Part shown: one piece after another, positions 27,218-37,774 of the stretch | Layout of the letters: each line of letters opens with the position of its first letter | Numbering within the stretch: position 1 is the first letter of the stretch | Assembly: GCA_021163965.1 (NCBI GenBank) | Contig: JAGGTB010000025.1 | Coordinates: 1-40,292 of the forward strand | Length of the DNA: 40,292 bases | Direction: 5' to 3' | Origin: Hadesarchaea archaeon | Lineage (GTDB): Archaea > Hadarchaeota > Hadarchaeia > Hadarchaeales > JAGGTB01 | Translations under genes and position numbers: made by a program | Notes under the pieces: model-generated | The model's database searches: none | What the model was told of the DNA's origin: nothing | What the model saw: the letters and a program-made list of their open reading frames with translations, nothing else

Positions 27218-27628
27218 CTAATAAACGTAGGCGAGAAGACGTCCTCCTAACCCCCGCTCCTCCGCATCGTAGTGGGCCATTATGCCCTTGGGGGTGGAGA
27301 CTATTAAGACCCCAAATCCGGCCGCCGGCAAATACCTCTTCTCCCACTTCTCGAACTCATCGTGCTTAACGGCAAATCGAGGTTTTATCACGCCGCAGTT
27401 GTTTATCTTCCCTATCAGCTCCACCCTAAACTTGCCGGCCTTGCCATCATCAATGAACTCAAAGTCGCCTATGAGGCCCCTCTCTTGCATGACGCGAAAT
27501 ACTTCCCTAATAAGTTTCGATGCCGGAGAAACCACAACTTCACTTTTTCCCGCCCACTCGCAGCTTTTTACCGCCGAGAGGGCATCCGCCAAGGGATCCA
27601 TGAGCATCAGATCACCTGTATTTTTCAA
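27218..27628 (-). CDS. rps8: 30S ribosomal protein S8 (uS8)
   Basis: [23 protein letters not shown]; synteny. Confidence 0.95.
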   Translation of the reverse strand: MKNTGDLMLMDPLADALSAVKSCEWAGKSEVVVSPASKLIREVFRVMQERGLIGDFEFIDDGKAGKFRVELIGKINNCGVIKPRFAVKHDEFEKWEKRYLPAAGFGVLIVSTPKGIMAHYDAEERGLGGRLLAYVY

Positions 27629-27755
27629 ATCCTATTTTGGGCGCCATCTCTCTGAAACACCTGCGACAAAGGTTTAAACCCCACAGCTGGAGCACCGCGC
27701 CATGCCCGCCACAACGCGCACATTTTCTAGCCTTCTTTCCACCACTTTTTTTCAT
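27612..27755 (-). CDS. rps14: 30S ribosomal protein S14 type Z (uS14), zinc-binding
   Basis: It is not in the ORF track (47 aa). My translation is [47 protein letters not shown] with CxxC..CxxC. Its ATG overlaps the L5 stop (ATGA). Confidence 0.9.
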   Translation of the reverse strand: MKKSGGKKARKCARCGGHGAVLQLWGLNLCRRCFREMAPKIGFEKYR

Positions 27756-28258
27756 TCAATCACCTGAACCCCAAATTTCTCCCTCACGAAACTCATGACT
27801 TCCTCCGCGGCGACTGCATGAGATCGCGGGAGGGAACGTGGTTGCCTGCGCCTGTATTTTATCCTCGCACCGGGCCTAACGAAGGATATGCACACATTTA
27901 AACCAAATATCCCTACTTTTGGATCGTAGGTCATGCCCGGGATATCGATGTACTCGTTGATTCCGAAGGACAGAGTACCATTACCAATAGAGGATCTTCT
28001 CACCCTCCTCTCAACGGCTTCAAACATACGATCAAGGAGAACCTCCGCGCGCTTCCCCCGAATTGTAACCTTACAACCTATGGGACGGCCTCTCCTGATA
28101 CCAAAACCTGGGATGGTCCTTTTGGCGATGGTCTCAACCGGCTTTTGTCCACTCAGTCGCTCCAATACTTTTTGAGCATTCTTAAGTTTCTCCCCGCCCT
28201 CACCAACACCTATGTTCAACACCACCTTCTCAATTTTTATCTCACGCATCGGGTTCAT
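27752..28258 (-). CDS. rpl5: 50S ribosomal protein L5 (uL5)
   Basis: [19 protein letters not shown]; synteny. Confidence 0.95.
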   Translation of the reverse strand: MNPMREIKIEKVVLNIGVGEGGEKLKNAQKVLERLSGQKPVETIAKRTIPGFGIRRGRPIGCKVTIRGKRAEVLLDRMFEAVERRVRRSSIGNGTLSFGINEYIDIPGMTYDPKVGIFGLNVCISFVRPGARIKYRRRQPRSLPRSHAVAAEEVMSFVREKFGVQVIE

Positions 28259-28987
28259 TTAATCACCAGGTATCGATATCAACGGTTCCTTCTTACCTAT
28301 CGCAAAAACGTAGCCTCTAGATGCTTGGAAGTGCGTGCCGTTCTCCCTCAGATCTACTATTTCCATCGCCCTCCGCCCGCCTGCACATCTAATCCCTTCT
28401 ATTTCACCGACCTTGCCCACGTTGCGTCCACCGATGATAATTGCCTTAGCCCCCTTTTCAAAGCCAATTCTCTCGGACACTCTAAAATCGGGCAAAGTTA
28501 CCTTGGCCGTGTCACCGAGGTGGAAATCCTCGAAGTCCCCGATCGATGTCTTGCCATCGTGGAACGCTAGCTGAATTTTCCCCCCTTTCACCATCGACTT
28601 ACCGACAACCTTACAGAGTTTAAAAGATGCCTCCTCATCAGAGATCTCGTTTAGTTTCAGTTGTCCTCTTCTGTCATAAAGAACCCGATAATTTTTCCCC
28701 ATAGCTGGAATTTGCACGACATCCATCAACCCGACTGGAAACTTCGGGTCCTTCCTCACCCTACCATCAACTAATACCTGCCCTTCCTTCAGGATTCTCT
28801 TCGCCTCCCTGGCGGTGCGGGCGAGACCCAACAAATCCCTGACGACGATCAACAGAGGAGCGGAGCCCTCCGCTGGATGAGGACCAGGTCCAGATTTAAC
28901 TGCCCATACAGCAGACTTCCTAGGTATTTTAATGGGGGCGGGAAGAGCAAACCGCTTAAGATGTCTGCTCTGACCTTTCTTTGCCAC
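28259..28987 (-). CDS. rps4e: 30S ribosomal protein S4e (eS4)
   Basis: GQSRHLKRFALP....PRK; 242 aa; synteny. Confidence 0.95.
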   Translation of the reverse strand: MAKKGQSRHLKRFALPAPIKIPRKSAVWAVKSGPGPHPAEGSAPLLIVVRDLLGLARTAREAKRILKEGQVLVDGRVRKDPKFPVGLMDVVQIPAMGKNYRVLYDRRGQLKLNEISDEEASFKLCKVVGKSMVKGGKIQLAFHDGKTSIGDFEDFHLGDTAKVTLPDFRVSERIGFEKGAKAIIIGGRNVGKVGEIEGIRCAGGRRAMEIVDLRENGTHFQASRGYVFAIGKKEPLISIPGD

Positions 28988-29321
28988 CTTTTGACCTCCT
29001 TTCCAAAATTTTTCTCCTTTCTTTATCCTCTAGCTGGAGCTTCACTATCATCACATTTGACGGATGGATCCAACGGGGCACCTCAGACCCATCTGCCTTA
29101 GTGGTTATCGCCCCCTCGACCGCTATTCGGCATTTCTTCATATTCACCTCGGTGACCTCCCCCTCGATTCCCCTAAAGTCGCCGCGCATGATCCTCACTC
29201 TGTCTCCTTTCCTTACCGGGAGACTCACGCGTCCATAGTTTTTCCTTAAATCCGGGTTAAGCGGGGCCGCCAAGAGTTTGTGCCTTTGATGTAGCGGTGC
29301 GAACTTCCCTCCCCTAGCCAT
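28956..29321 (-). CDS. rpl24: 50S ribosomal protein L24 (uL24)
   Basis: KOW motif VRKGDRVRIMRGDFRGIEGEV; synteny. Confidence 0.95.
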   Translation of the reverse strand: MARGGKFAPLHQRHKLLAAPLNPDLRKNYGRVSLPVRKGDRVRIMRGDFRGIEGEVTEVNMKKCRIAVEGAITTKADGSEVPRWIHPSNVMIVKLQLEDKERRKILERRSKGGKERSEQTS

Positions 29322-29322
29322 A

Positions 29323-29751
29323 TCATACCACCATCGACGCTATCCCCGCTATCTGAGGCCAACACTCCGCCGCCTCACGTGCTATCGGTCCGCGGATTTC
29401 TGATCCACGTGGTGCGCCTTCCCTAGTCGTTAACACAGCTGCGTTATCCTCAAACTTCACGCGCATTCCGTCAACCCGCCTGAACTCCTTCGTCTGCCGG
29501 ACAATGACGGCGTTAACTATCTTCCGCCTCATTTCTGGGGTTCCTTTCGTCACGGATGCCACAATCATGTCCCCTACCCCGGCCTTCGCCATACGGCGGC
29601 GCACCCCTTTATATCCAACTACGGAGATCACCTTCAGCTCCCTTGCCCCGGTATTGTCCACGCACGCAATCCTCGCACCCACCGGCAGAGCTCGAACCGG
29701 CTTAATTGCCGTCCTGCCTGTTGTGGCTGTTGCCCCCTTCCTTTTTGGCAA
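29323..29751 (-). CDS. rpl14: 50S ribosomal protein L14 (uL14)
   Basis: [14 protein letters not shown]...; synteny. Confidence 0.95.
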   Translation of the reverse strand: MPKRKGATATTGRTAIKPVRALPVGARIACVDNTGARELKVISVVGYKGVRRRMAKAGVGDMIVASVTKGTPEMRRKIVNAVIVRQTKEFRRVDGMRVKFEDNAAVLTTREGAPRGSEIRGPIAREAAECWPQIAGIASMVV

Positions 29752-29753
29752 TC

Positions 29754-30083
29754 TCAGCCCTCCCCCAGCTTCTGTACCACCACGAACGCTTTAGTTTTAC
29801 TGAGCCTGCGGCACTCCATTATCTTCACCTTATCGCCGAGTTTCGCATCTATGCATGGAGGATTGTGAGCGTGGATCTTGGACGTCCTACGCTCATAGCG
29901 CTCGTACTTCGGAATTTTCCGCAGGTAGCTACGGCTAACAACCACCGTTTTTTCCATTTTGTCGCTGACTACAGTGCCCTCTAGAGCGCGGCCCCTCACC
30001 CGAAGGGTGCCGTGAAACGGGCAGTTCTTATCATTGCACTTCTCCTTCGGTGGTTCGATACCCGGTATAACCATACCCATCAC
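29754..30083 (-). CDS. rps17: 30S ribosomal protein S17 (uS17)
   Basis: [28 protein letters not shown]; synteny. Confidence 0.95.
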   Translation of the reverse strand: MMGMVIPGIEPPKEKCNDKNCPFHGTLRVRGRALEGTVVSDKMEKTVVVSRSYLRKIPKYERYERRTSKIHAHNPPCIDAKLGDKVKIMECRRLSKTKAFVVVQKLGEG

Positions 30084-30352
30084 TTACATTTTTTTATCCT
30101 ATCCTCCGGGCGGGCAATGATTTTTTTCCCGTCCACCATCACTTCCTCACCACTCGGGAGACTCACCCGGAAAACTACAATAGACTTTGGTAAGCTTTTT
30201 ATCTTTCCCATCTCCTCTATGTAGATCATGTTCTTGGTTTCGTCCACTATTCTGCCCTTTTTTCCTTTTAGACTTGGATCAAGGCTCTCCACAACCTCTG
30301 CCTCTAATCCGATTAACTCATGCCTCAATAGATTTTGTCTAGTCAGTGGCAT
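30080..30352 (-). CDS. rnp1: RNase P protein component 1 (Rpp29/Pop4)
   Basis: [15 protein letters not shown]...[18 protein letters not shown] Sm-like fold signature. It sits in the conserved slot between L29/SUI1 and S17. Confidence 0.9.
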   Translation of the reverse strand: MPLTRQNLLRHELIGLEAEVVESLDPSLKGKKGRIVDETKNMIYIEEMGKIKSLPKSIVVFRVSLPSGEEVMVDGKKIIARPEDRIKKCK

Positions 30353-30361
30353 GCGGATGAC

Positions 30362-30670
30362 CTACTTTACACTTATCATCTCTGGTGAGAAGCCCATTTC
30401 CGTAAGAACTTTCTCCACTTGCGCCTTGTGATCCCCCTGCAATTCTATCTTACCGTCCTTTAGCGTTCCCCCACATGCTAACTTGGACTTAAGTTTCTTT
30501 GCCAGCTCCTTGAGATCTATTCTCTTTTCATCGACGCCTTCAACGATTGTTATTATTTTTCCGAACTTCCTCTTAACAGAGTAGACCTTGATCCGTTGTT
30601 GTTCACGAGCTATTTCCTCGCACGCGCAGATCTCTTTGGGCAATCCGCATACTGGGCATATTTCAGGCAT
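30362..30670 (-). CDS. translation initiation factor aSUI1 (eIF1 homolog)
   Basis: [14 protein letters not shown]...[19 protein letters not shown]...CGGT. Confidence 0.9.
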   Translation of the reverse strand: MPEICPVCGLPKEICACEEIAREQQRIKVYSVKRKFGKIITIVEGVDEKRIDLKELAKKLKSKLACGGTLKDGKIELQGDHKAQVEKVLTEMGFSPEMISVK

Positions 30671-30888
30671 TAACCGCTACGCACCTCCCTTTTTGACTTT
30701 TCTTTCATTATCGTTTTCAATCGCGCGATCGTACGCCTGAGCTCACGTATTCTCCCGGGGCTCTCAAGGGACCCACCAGTAGCTGCCATTCCCCTCACGC
30801 GAGCAAGTTCCGAACTGAGTTCCTCCAGCTTTGCCTCCATCTCCTCAAGGCTCATATCGCGAATTTCATCGGATTTAAGTATCGCCAT
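30670..30888 (-). CDS. rpl29: 50S ribosomal protein L29 (uL29)
   Basis: 72 aa helical protein with [17 protein letters not shown]; synteny. Confidence 0.9.
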   Translation of the reverse strand: MAILKSDEIRDMSLEEMEAKLEELSSELARVRGMAATGGSLESPGRIRELRRTIARLKTIMKEKSKREVRSG

Positions 30889-31657
30889 CAGACTTGCCCT
30901 CCTCGCGTTTTACTTGGTCCTCAGTAGTCTTATCAGAACCCTCGGAGATAACTCCTTCCTCGGGGAGCCCTCCCGCACTTTCGAGTGTCTCTTCCTTCTC
31001 TGCCCCCTCCGCAGTAGACTCCCCTTTTGACTCCCCCGCTTTCATTTCTTCCTCCTCACTCACTTCCCCACCTATTTTGATTTCATCTGGCAATTTCACG
31101 TCTGGAGGCATTATCCTCACCTTGACCCCCAGAACTCCAGGCTTCAACTTCGCCACCGCATATCCGACGTCTACGAGCTCCGACGCGGGTTCCCCAGCCT
31201 TTTTGAGATATCCGTCGTAGAAGCGTTCGGAGCGCGCATGTTCACCGGTAAGTTTTCCAGAAATTACTATCTCGGCCCCCCTTGCCCCAGCCTGCATGAT
31301 TCGGCGCAACATCATATATCCAACCCTACGGAAATACCGCCCCTGAGAGAGGGCAAAGGCTACGCGCCTTGCCATAATTCGAGCATTTAACTCGGGAACC
31401 TTCACATCTGAGATTTCAACCTGCGGATTCTCCATGCCAAACTTCTGAGCCAGGATTTCCGTCAATCGTTGGACGGATTTTCCCTTCCTTCCAATTACTA
31501 TGCCGGGGCGCTCGACGTAAATAGTAACCCTAGTGCCCGTTGGGGTACGCCTAAGGTCCATTCCGCCGTAGCCCGCCCTCTCGAGTTCATTTTCCAAGTA
31601 TTCCTCGAGCTCAGCGCGTTTTATCCCCTTTTTAACAAATATCCGCTCTGCTGGCAC
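30875..31657 (-). CDS. rps3: 30S ribosomal protein S3 (uS3) with a long acidic C-terminal tail
   Basis: KH domain ...GIVIGRKGKSV.... The last 60 aa or so are E/G/S-rich low complexity. Confidence 0.95.
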   Translation of the reverse strand: MPAERIFVKKGIKRAELEEYLENELERAGYGGMDLRRTPTGTRVTIYVERPGIVIGRKGKSVQRLTEILAQKFGMENPQVEISDVKVPELNARIMARRVAFALSQGRYFRRVGYMMLRRIMQAGARGAEIVISGKLTGEHARSERFYDGYLKKAGEPASELVDVGYAVAKLKPGVLGVKVRIMPPDVKLPDEIKIGGEVSEEEEMKAGESKGESTAEGAEKEETLESAGGLPEEGVISEGSDKTTEDQVKREEGKSDGDT

Positions 31658-32128
31658 TTACCCCTCCTCCTTCACTATTATCTCCACATTCGTAGTCTGG
31701 GTGTTAAACGGAGTTGCCCTACCAAATGCTCTCGGCCTGAACCCCCGGATGACGATTCCCTTTTGAGCACTAGCATGAACTATCCTGAGTTTGTCCGTCG
31801 CCATACCCTTGTAGCTGGCGTTAGCCTCGACATTGTCCAGAACCTCCAGCACGGCCTTGGCAGCTTTGACGGGGTACCTACCAGCCGCCCACTTAGATAA
31901 ACCTCCCCTGTGTGCCACCTTTTTCTTATACCGTCGATAGGGGACTGCCTTTTCTTTCCTGATTACCGCTTGGAGGTACTCCCTAGCTTTCTCCAACATC
32001 ATGCCCTTAATGGCCCGACAAATTTCTCCGGCGTGTTTGGGCGAGACTCGCAACTCTTTACCCATGGCCTTAGCACATACCTTGTCATCAATCTGGGCTG
32101 AATAACCGAACTTTGGCATTCGCATCAC
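31658..32128 (-). CDS. rpl22: 50S ribosomal protein L22 (uL22)
   Basis: [24 protein letters not shown]; synteny. Confidence 0.95.
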   Translation of the reverse strand: MMRMPKFGYSAQIDDKVCAKAMGKELRVSPKHAGEICRAIKGMMLEKAREYLQAVIRKEKAVPYRRYKKKVAHRGGLSKWAAGRYPVKAAKAVLEVLDNVEANASYKGMATDKLRIVHASAQKGIVIRGFRPRAFGRATPFNTQTTNVEIIVKEEG

Positions 32129-32526
32129 TTTAATGGGATGTACATAGAACTTCGCGTGGCTCCGACCCCTGGGGTGCCGTGAACTACTCTTTTGCGCGTC
32201 TGCGAGAACTCCCCGAGACGATGCCCTATCATCTCGGGCAAAATTTCTACTTTTGTGAACTCCTTGCCGTTATAGATTCCAAATTTCATGCCCACCATCT
32301 CTGGCAAGATTATCATATCTCGACAATGTGTGCGGATGACTACCTCATTCTGTTTTCCGAGTTCCCTAATTTTTCGAATCTTCTCGAGCAACTTTCTGTG
32401 TCGCGGCGGTGGTGATCGGAGAAGTGAGCGTCTTTGCCTAGCCGGAAGAAGCTGTGCGAACTCTTCTAAAGACATCTTCTGCAGTTCCTCCAGTGTGCGT
32501 CCCCGATATGTGAATTTCTTTGGCAT
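32125..32526 (-). CDS. rps19: 30S ribosomal protein S19 (uS19)
   Basis: [28 protein letters not shown]; synteny. Confidence 0.95.
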   Translation of the reverse strand: MPKKFTYRGRTLEELQKMSLEEFAQLLPARQRRSLLRSPPPRHRKLLEKIRKIRELGKQNEVVIRTHCRDMIILPEMVGMKFGIYNGKEFTKVEILPEMIGHRLGEFSQTRKRVVHGTPGVGATRSSMYIPLK

Positions 32527-32530
32527 TGCC

Positions 32531-33241
32531 TCACCTCTTTCCCGTCCTCCTAGCAGCGATCAACCCTACTTTTTGACCAGGCGGTGCCCCGCGCGGCACT
32601 ATCTTCGGCCTACCGACATGTCTTCCCCTGCCACTTCCGAATGGGTGGTCAACCACGTTCATCGCCACCCCACAGACTCTGGGATAGAGCTTACCCCTTG
32701 CGCGCATGGCGTGATATTTTTTGCCAGCCTTAACGAAGGGTCTGTCCTTCCTGCCACCGCCGGCGACAACCCCTATCGTGGCCCTGCATCTAGGATCAAA
32801 ATGTTTGAGCTCACCGGAGGGCATTCGAACAATAGCCTGACCGACATCGTGAGCTATCAGAGTAGCATGCACTCCTGGTGCACGGACGAACTTCCCTCCT
32901 GCGCCAGGTTGAGGCTCAATGTTGTAAATCGGTGTGCCCTCAGGAATTTCCGCCAGAGGGAGGGTGTTGCCAACTTTTACCGGAGCGGATGTCCCGCAGT
33001 CTAACTCGTCACCGACCTTTATCCCCTCAGGGGCCAAAACCATTTGCTCCCGCCCATTTGGATATCTAACCTTTGCAACCGGAGCGCTCCTGCCCGGATC
33101 GTGCAAAATATCAACGACCTTGGCTATGGCCTCTCCGCCCTGCGCATGGGGTAGCATAACCTTCCCCCGTCGCCTAAAGCTCTTCGAGCGGAATGTCGGA
33201 CTTCCTTTTCCTCTCCGTTGAACCCTTATTCGCTTCCCCAT
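32531..33241 (-). CDS. rpl2: 50S ribosomal protein L2 (uL2)
   Basis: ...[18 protein letters not shown]...; 236 aa. Confidence 0.95.
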   Translation of the reverse strand: MGKRIRVQRRGKGSPTFRSKSFRRRGKVMLPHAQGGEAIAKVVDILHDPGRSAPVAKVRYPNGREQMVLAPEGIKVGDELDCGTSAPVKVGNTLPLAEIPEGTPIYNIEPQPGAGGKFVRAPGVHATLIAHDVGQAIVRMPSGELKHFDPRCRATIGVVAGGGRKDRPFVKAGKKYHAMRARGKLYPRVCGVAMNVVDHPFGSGRGRHVGRPKIVPRGAPPGQKVGLIAARRTGKR

Positions 33242-33504
33242 TAGAATAACCCCATCTTTGCAGCGACTTCGTCCGCCTTATATTCGGGTGCGAGTTTAAC
33301 ATAGGCGCGCTTAACCCCATCGGGCGTGATTTCCGTTTTGACGTCGTCGACCTTAACTTCAAACATTACTTCAACAGCTAGCTTTATATCACGCTTGTTG
33401 GCACTTCGCGCAACAATGAAAGTTAACTTATTCTCCTCCTCAACCAACTTAACTGCCTTCTCTGTCATCTGCGGGCGAATTAGCACCTCATGTGGACCCT
33501 TCAA
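33241..33504 (-). CDS. rpl23: 50S ribosomal protein L23 (uL23)
   Basis: 87 aa with [11 protein letters not shown]......NKLTFIV; synteny. Confidence 0.95.
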   Translation of the reverse strand: MKGPHEVLIRPQMTEKAVKLVEEENKLTFIVARSANKRDIKLAVEVMFEVKVDDVKTEITPDGVKRAYVKLAPEYKADEVAAKMGLF

Positions 33505-34283
33505 CTAAACATTCCCCCAGCCAACTTTCTAATAGCGGACTCGGTCCAGATGGTTAACCTACCTGGGATTCCTCCCGGAGCCAGCAACTCGGCATTTAGG
33601 TTATCCACGGGGACCACTTCCACACCTGGCAAATTCCTCCCGGCTTTCATAAGCTCGCAGTCCCCGCCAACCACGATCAGAGGAGCGACTGCTTGGCGAT
33701 AGCGCCTGCCACGCATTTTTCCCCTGCCAGCACGAATCTTTTTGCTTTTCTTCGCTCGCTCCACATCGCCCCACGCACCCAGTTTTTGAATCGCCTCCTG
33801 AACCCGCTTGGATTTGCCCATTTTTTCAAACTCATCGCTAACTATGAGCGGTAATTCCTTTATTCCCTTGATAACGTGGCCCCTTAGGCTCACCAACTTT
33901 TCATCCTTAGTTGCCGCTATCGCCGAACGTATTGCAAGCCTTCGCTCTTTCCTGTTTATTCTCTCACGTAGCTTCTTCTCCACTTTTGGAGGATGGGCCC
34001 TTCTTCCGCCAACAGTGGATGGGGAAAACGCTCCCCTTCCAGCTGCCGAATATCTCCTGCCTTTGACTCTAGGAACCCTCGATACCCCATGCCCCTTGCC
34101 CCAAGGTTCCGCAGTCGTTCTCTTTCCAGCCATCACGTCAGGGGCCCAAGGTTGAATCCTGGCGGAATGAGAGGCATGGAAAGCCCGCTTTATAACGTCC
34201 GGCCTGATTTCTTCCTCAAAGATCGGCGGGAGCTCGATTTCTCCGACCCTCTCCCCATCTACAGAATAAACGCCCACCTTCAT
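33501..34283 (-). CDS. rpl4: 50S ribosomal protein L4 (uL4)
   Basis: 260 aa; synteny L3-L4-L23. Confidence 0.95.
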   Translation of the reverse strand: MKVGVYSVDGERVGEIELPPIFEEEIRPDVIKRAFHASHSARIQPWAPDVMAGKRTTAEPWGKGHGVSRVPRVKGRRYSAAGRGAFSPSTVGGRRAHPPKVEKKLRERINRKERRLAIRSAIAATKDEKLVSLRGHVIKGIKELPLIVSDEFEKMGKSKRVQEAIQKLGAWGDVERAKKSKKIRAGRGKMRGRRYRQAVAPLIVVGGDCELMKAGRNLPGVEVVPVDNLNAELLAPGGIPGRLTIWTESAIRKLAGGMFS

Positions 34284-34286
34284 GAA

Positions 34287-35306
34287 CTACACCCCCTGCT
34301 GGGATTTTCTACTTATGTAAGTCACAGTAGGCGGTGAAGCGATTCCCGGAGGTTTCCTCACCGCGCGCCGCAGAAGCACCATGCGCTTCGTCGGTCCTGG
34401 AATAGAGCCGCTCAGAATCACGAAATCTCCCCTTACAGGACCGTATCTCAGAAATCCTCCTGCGGGAGTAACCTTTTCACCATTTCCTCCCATCGCCAGA
34501 ATGCGCTTGTTAAGTTCCGTACGCTGATGATAGCCCATCTGACCGTATCCTGGAACGGAACTCATTATGCGCGAAGGGGTCCATGGACCGATCGCACCGA
34601 CGTGGCGCCTTGCTTTTTGAACTTTCCGCGGTTGAATCTTAACCCCCCACCGTTGCACGGGACCCTCGAAACCCTTACCCTCTGTAATTGAGATCACATC
34701 GACATATTCTCCTTCCTTAAACAAGTCGCCTACGCGCACCTCTTTGCCCAAGAGCTCTTTCGCATAACCCCACTGATCCCCCACAGATGCTCCGCCAACT
34801 TTGATCTCCACCAAATCTGGCTTTTTCTTAGACGTGCCTGTCAGCCGCGGTTGGGTATGTGCCAAAACCCGGATTTCACTAATTTTTTCCCCCTTCACCA
34901 ACTCCTCGGCCCTTTCGAGGGCCTCTTCTGGATTGTACTCCTCCGGTAGCTTCACCACCCTAGTGAGATCCTTCGATAGATCTTTTGCCCAAACTTCCGT
35001 CAGGACGGTGAGCCCCCGGACAGTCTTGCCGTAGAGTCTGACAGCGCAAATCACCATGGGTGGGGCATCGATCGCCGTTACTGGGACCCTGATTTCCTGC
35101 CCCTCTGTCGGAGAGCCTTTTCGATCGTCGATTACAAACGCATGGGTCATTCCTGCTTTATAGCCGGCGAACCCAAGAAGGCCCAAGCTAGACTCGGATG
35201 GCCACGCACGCACTCTGGGTCTCGGCCGGGAAGCTCGCTTCCTCGGCGAGTACGCCATCGATCCCCTTCTCGGACGATGCTTCTTCGGCATTTCTTTATC
35301 CCCCAA
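34287..35306 (-). CDS. rpl3: 50S ribosomal protein L3 (uL3)
   Basis: PRRGSMAYSPRKRA....GFAGYKAGMTH; 339 aa. Confidence 0.95.
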   Translation of the reverse strand: MGDKEMPKKHRPRRGSMAYSPRKRASRPRPRVRAWPSESSLGLLGFAGYKAGMTHAFVIDDRKGSPTEGQEIRVPVTAIDAPPMVICAVRLYGKTVRGLTVLTEVWAKDLSKDLTRVVKLPEEYNPEEALERAEELVKGEKISEIRVLAHTQPRLTGTSKKKPDLVEIKVGGASVGDQWGYAKELLGKEVRVGDLFKEGEYVDVISITEGKGFEGPVQRWGVKIQPRKVQKARRHVGAIGPWTPSRIMSSVPGYGQMGYHQRTELNKRILAMGGNGEKVTPAGGFLRYGPVRGDFVILSGSIPGPTKRMVLLRRAVRKPPGIASPPTVTYISRKSQQGV

Positions 35307-36150
35307 GCAACGCGTTTAGGAGCGCCAAGGTTGCGAGGAGGGCCTCTTCGGTTCGAACTGTCTCCACCCCTTGATCGGGGATCGCATTCACTATTACATT
35401 GAACACTTCACTCGGATCAGCACCTTGGCGCTCGCATATCTCGTGGAGGCCTTGATTTGGCCCCCCGAGCGCTATCGCCACGCTATCTGGGTTGCTACTC
35501 CTTATCAACTCGAGTGCCCCATATAAATTTTGGCCATACCGGGAGGTCCCCACCCTATACTCGGCCCTGAGTTCTTCTAAGCCCTCGACAAGACTTTCAG
35601 CGCGTAAAACCTCAAATCCCCAGTATTCGCCAATCTCGCTACGCTCAACTGGGAAGACCCTCCTATAGGCTCCAGGCAGGCGCTTTCCCAGCCTCACTGT
35701 CAAGCGCTTGCCCACTTCAAATTTCTCATCCATTACCCCCCTTTCCCTTAGCCCCAACTCCAAAACACTCCCACGATCGCTCGATTCTACAACGACGCCC
35801 TCCCTATAATCTCCAATTTTTGTTCGCTCGTCGCGCAAAGGGTGATGAGGCGTCCTAAGCGGTGGCAGTAGCCCCGCATATCTCAGCTCCCTAGCCCGAG
35901 GAAAAATTAACTTGCGCAGATACTGCGGCGTTTCCATATACTGCAAGAGCTTGACTATTAGATTCGATTCCTCTTCTTGGTTTTGAACCTCCGGATCGTC
36001 ATCATTATAGATGCACACTTTTTCGACCCGAAAAATCGCGAGGACTCTGCCAACGATTCCCACTTTCTCCGTCTTTTGCCTTAAGTTCGAGGCATCTACC
36101 GTCAAAGATGCTGGCAAAAGAACGAATATCGAGGGCTTTGTGACCATCAA
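35296..36150 (-). CDS. DUF171 (COG2106) putative SPOUT-superfamily RNA methyltransferase
   Basis: N-terminal SIFVLLPASLTVDASNLRQKT..VG.VGR and the conserved position immediately upstream of L3 in archaea. Confidence 0.8.
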   Translation of the reverse strand: MMVTKPSIFVLLPASLTVDASNLRQKTEKVGIVGRVLAIFRVEKVCIYNDDDPEVQNQEEESNLIVKLLQYMETPQYLRKLIFPRARELRYAGLLPPLRTPHHPLRDERTKIGDYREGVVVESSDRGSVLELGLRERGVMDEKFEVGKRLTVRLGKRLPGAYRRVFPVERSEIGEYWGFEVLRAESLVEGLEELRAEYRVGTSRYGQNLYGALELIRSSNPDSVAIALGGPNQGLHEICERQGADPSEVFNVIVNAIPDQGVETVRTEEALLATLALLNALLGG

Positions 36151-36159
36151 ACATCACAG

Positions 36160-36330
36160 TTTAACTTTGTCAGCGGGAAATCCCCTTCCGCGAGAGCGGG
36201 GATGAGGACCGAAGAGGACCTCCCAGAGACCTCCGGCAAAACGCTCCCCGAAGCGGAGGCGATGCAGGAGTAACGGGAGGGGAAAGTCGGAAGTCCCATG
36301 CGAAAGCGTGGGGAGGAGGTCACCCTTTTG
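36160..36330 (+). ncRNA. candidate structured RNA: 5'-half-like piece of RNase P RNA (P3-like hairpin, GAGGA..GAAGAGGA, CR-II-like GGGGAAAGUCGG, GAAA-capped hairpin, T4)
   Basis: GC-rich non-coding spacer. Hairpins: AUCCCC(36180-85)/GGGGAU(36198-203), CGCUCC..GGAGGCG, CCCAUGC-GAAA-GCGUGGG (36295-313). TTTT at 36326-29. It is complementary to the 38.5-38.7 kb piece. The strand and ends are inferred. Confidence 0.35.
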
Positions 36331-37774
36331 TCACCCCAATCGGTACCAACCTAGCTACCATAGTGGCAATCCCGGCTTGGTGGGTGACCCTCGCCACGGC
36401 GTCGACGTCTTTATAAGCGTCCGGAGCTTCCTCAGCTATTACGGACTCCTTTGCCGCCCGTATGTAGATCCCTTGAGATTTCAACTTTTTCGTTATATCC
36501 CCTCCCCAGAAGCGCTTCCGCGCGACATTCCTGCTCATGTGCCTGCCAGAACCGTGTGCAGCCGATGAAAAGGTCTCCTCCTCACCCCGCTTAGTCCCAA
36601 CAAGAACGTAGCTGGCTGTCCCCATATCGCCGGGAATAAGCACCGGTTGCCCAACGTTCCGATATATCGCGGGGACGTCTGGGTGTCCGGGTGGAAGAGC
36701 TCGCGTAGCCCCCTTCCTATGCACACACACCCTCTTCTTCTCCCCATCGACCTTGTGCTCCTCGAACTTCGCAATGTTATGCGCAAGCCCATAAACGAGG
36801 TGTAACCCTAAATCGTCAGCGCTACGTCCGAAAACCTGTTCAAACGTCTCCCTTACCCAATGCAGGATCATTTGTCTGTTGGTGAAACCGTAGTTCGCTG
36901 CGCACGCCATGGCAGAAAAATAAGACTGGCCCTCGGGAGAATTTATCGGAACGTTGACAAGCTCGCGATCCGGCATTTCTATCCCGTACCGCTTGGCCGC
37001 TCGCTCCATCGCTCGCAAGTAGTCGGAGCAAACTTGGTGGCCTAGCCCCCTAGACCCGGTATGAATCATGACTGTGACCTGTCCGAGATGGGTTATTCCG
37101 AAATCCTTGGCAACCTCTGAATCGAAAATCTTATCGACGACTTGTACCTCCAAAAAGTGGTTCCCGCTACCAAGGCTACCGAGCTGTGGAAGCCCGCGCG
37201 CTTTTGCCTCCTTGCTCACCTTGCTCGCGTCGGCGCCCGGCAGGCATCCTCCCTCTTCCAACCTTTCCACATCTTCCTCCCAACCGAACCCGTTTTCTAT
37301 GGCCCACCTCACCCCGTTTTCGAGAACTTCATCGAGTTGGGAATAGGTGACCCTAACCTTCCCCCTGCTCCCTAAACCGGATGGGACGTTCCTGAAGAGG
37401 GAATCCATAAGCTGTTTTATTTTCGGCTGAACGTCCGACTTCTCGAGATCCGTACGTACAAGGGAGACCCCACAGTTGATGTCGTAGCCGACGCCACCGG
37501 GTGAAATTACGCCTTCCTCAGCATCGGTCGCGGCAACCCCCCCGATTGGGAACCCGTAGCCTTGATGACCATCTGGCAAAGTGATGCTGTATTTGTAAAT
37601 CCCCCTGAGAAAAGACACATTTACGGCCTGCTCCAGCGTCAAATCCCGCTTCATTTCCTTCAGGAGTTCAGCGTCAGCGTAAATCCTAGCCGGAACCCGC
37701 ATACCAGGCTTGAAATCTTGAGGGATCTCCCAGCGCACATCGTCGATTTGTTTAATTTTTCCTTCCCACGCCAT
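36320..37774 (-). CDS. rtcB: RNA 3'-phosphate/tRNA-splicing ligase RtcB (no intein)
   Basis: 484 aa with ..GYDINCGV.., GSGNHF, HTGSRG.G, AHGSGR motif series. Confidence 0.95.
   Translation of the reverse strand: MAWEGKIKQIDDVRWEIPQDFKPGMRVPARIYADAELLKEMKRDLTLEQAVNVSFLRGIYKYSITLPDGHQGYGFPIGGVAATDAEEGVISPGGVGYDINCGVSLVRTDLEKSDVQPKIKQLMDSLFRNVPSGLGSRGKVRVTYSQLDEVLENGVRWAIENGFGWEEDVERLEEGGCLPGADASKVSKEAKARGLPQLGSLGSGNHFLEVQVVDKIFDSEVAKDFGITHLGQVTVMIHTGSRGLGHQVCSDYLRAMERAAKRYGIEMPDRELVNVPINSPEGQSYFSAMACAANYGFTNRQMILHWVRETFEQVFGRSADDLGLHLVYGLAHNIAKFEEHKVDGEKKRVCVHRKGATRALPPGHPDVPAIYRNVGQPVLIPGDMGTASYVLVGTKRGEEETFSSAAHGSGRHMSRNVARKRFWGGDITKKLKSQGIYIRAAKESVIAEEAPDAYKDVDAVARVTHQAGIATMVARLVPIGVTKG

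Noticed and set aside
36320-37774. Intein or other insertion in RtcB.
   Set aside because: The 484-aa ORF is continuous with all RtcB motifs at normal spacing, so there is no extra domain.
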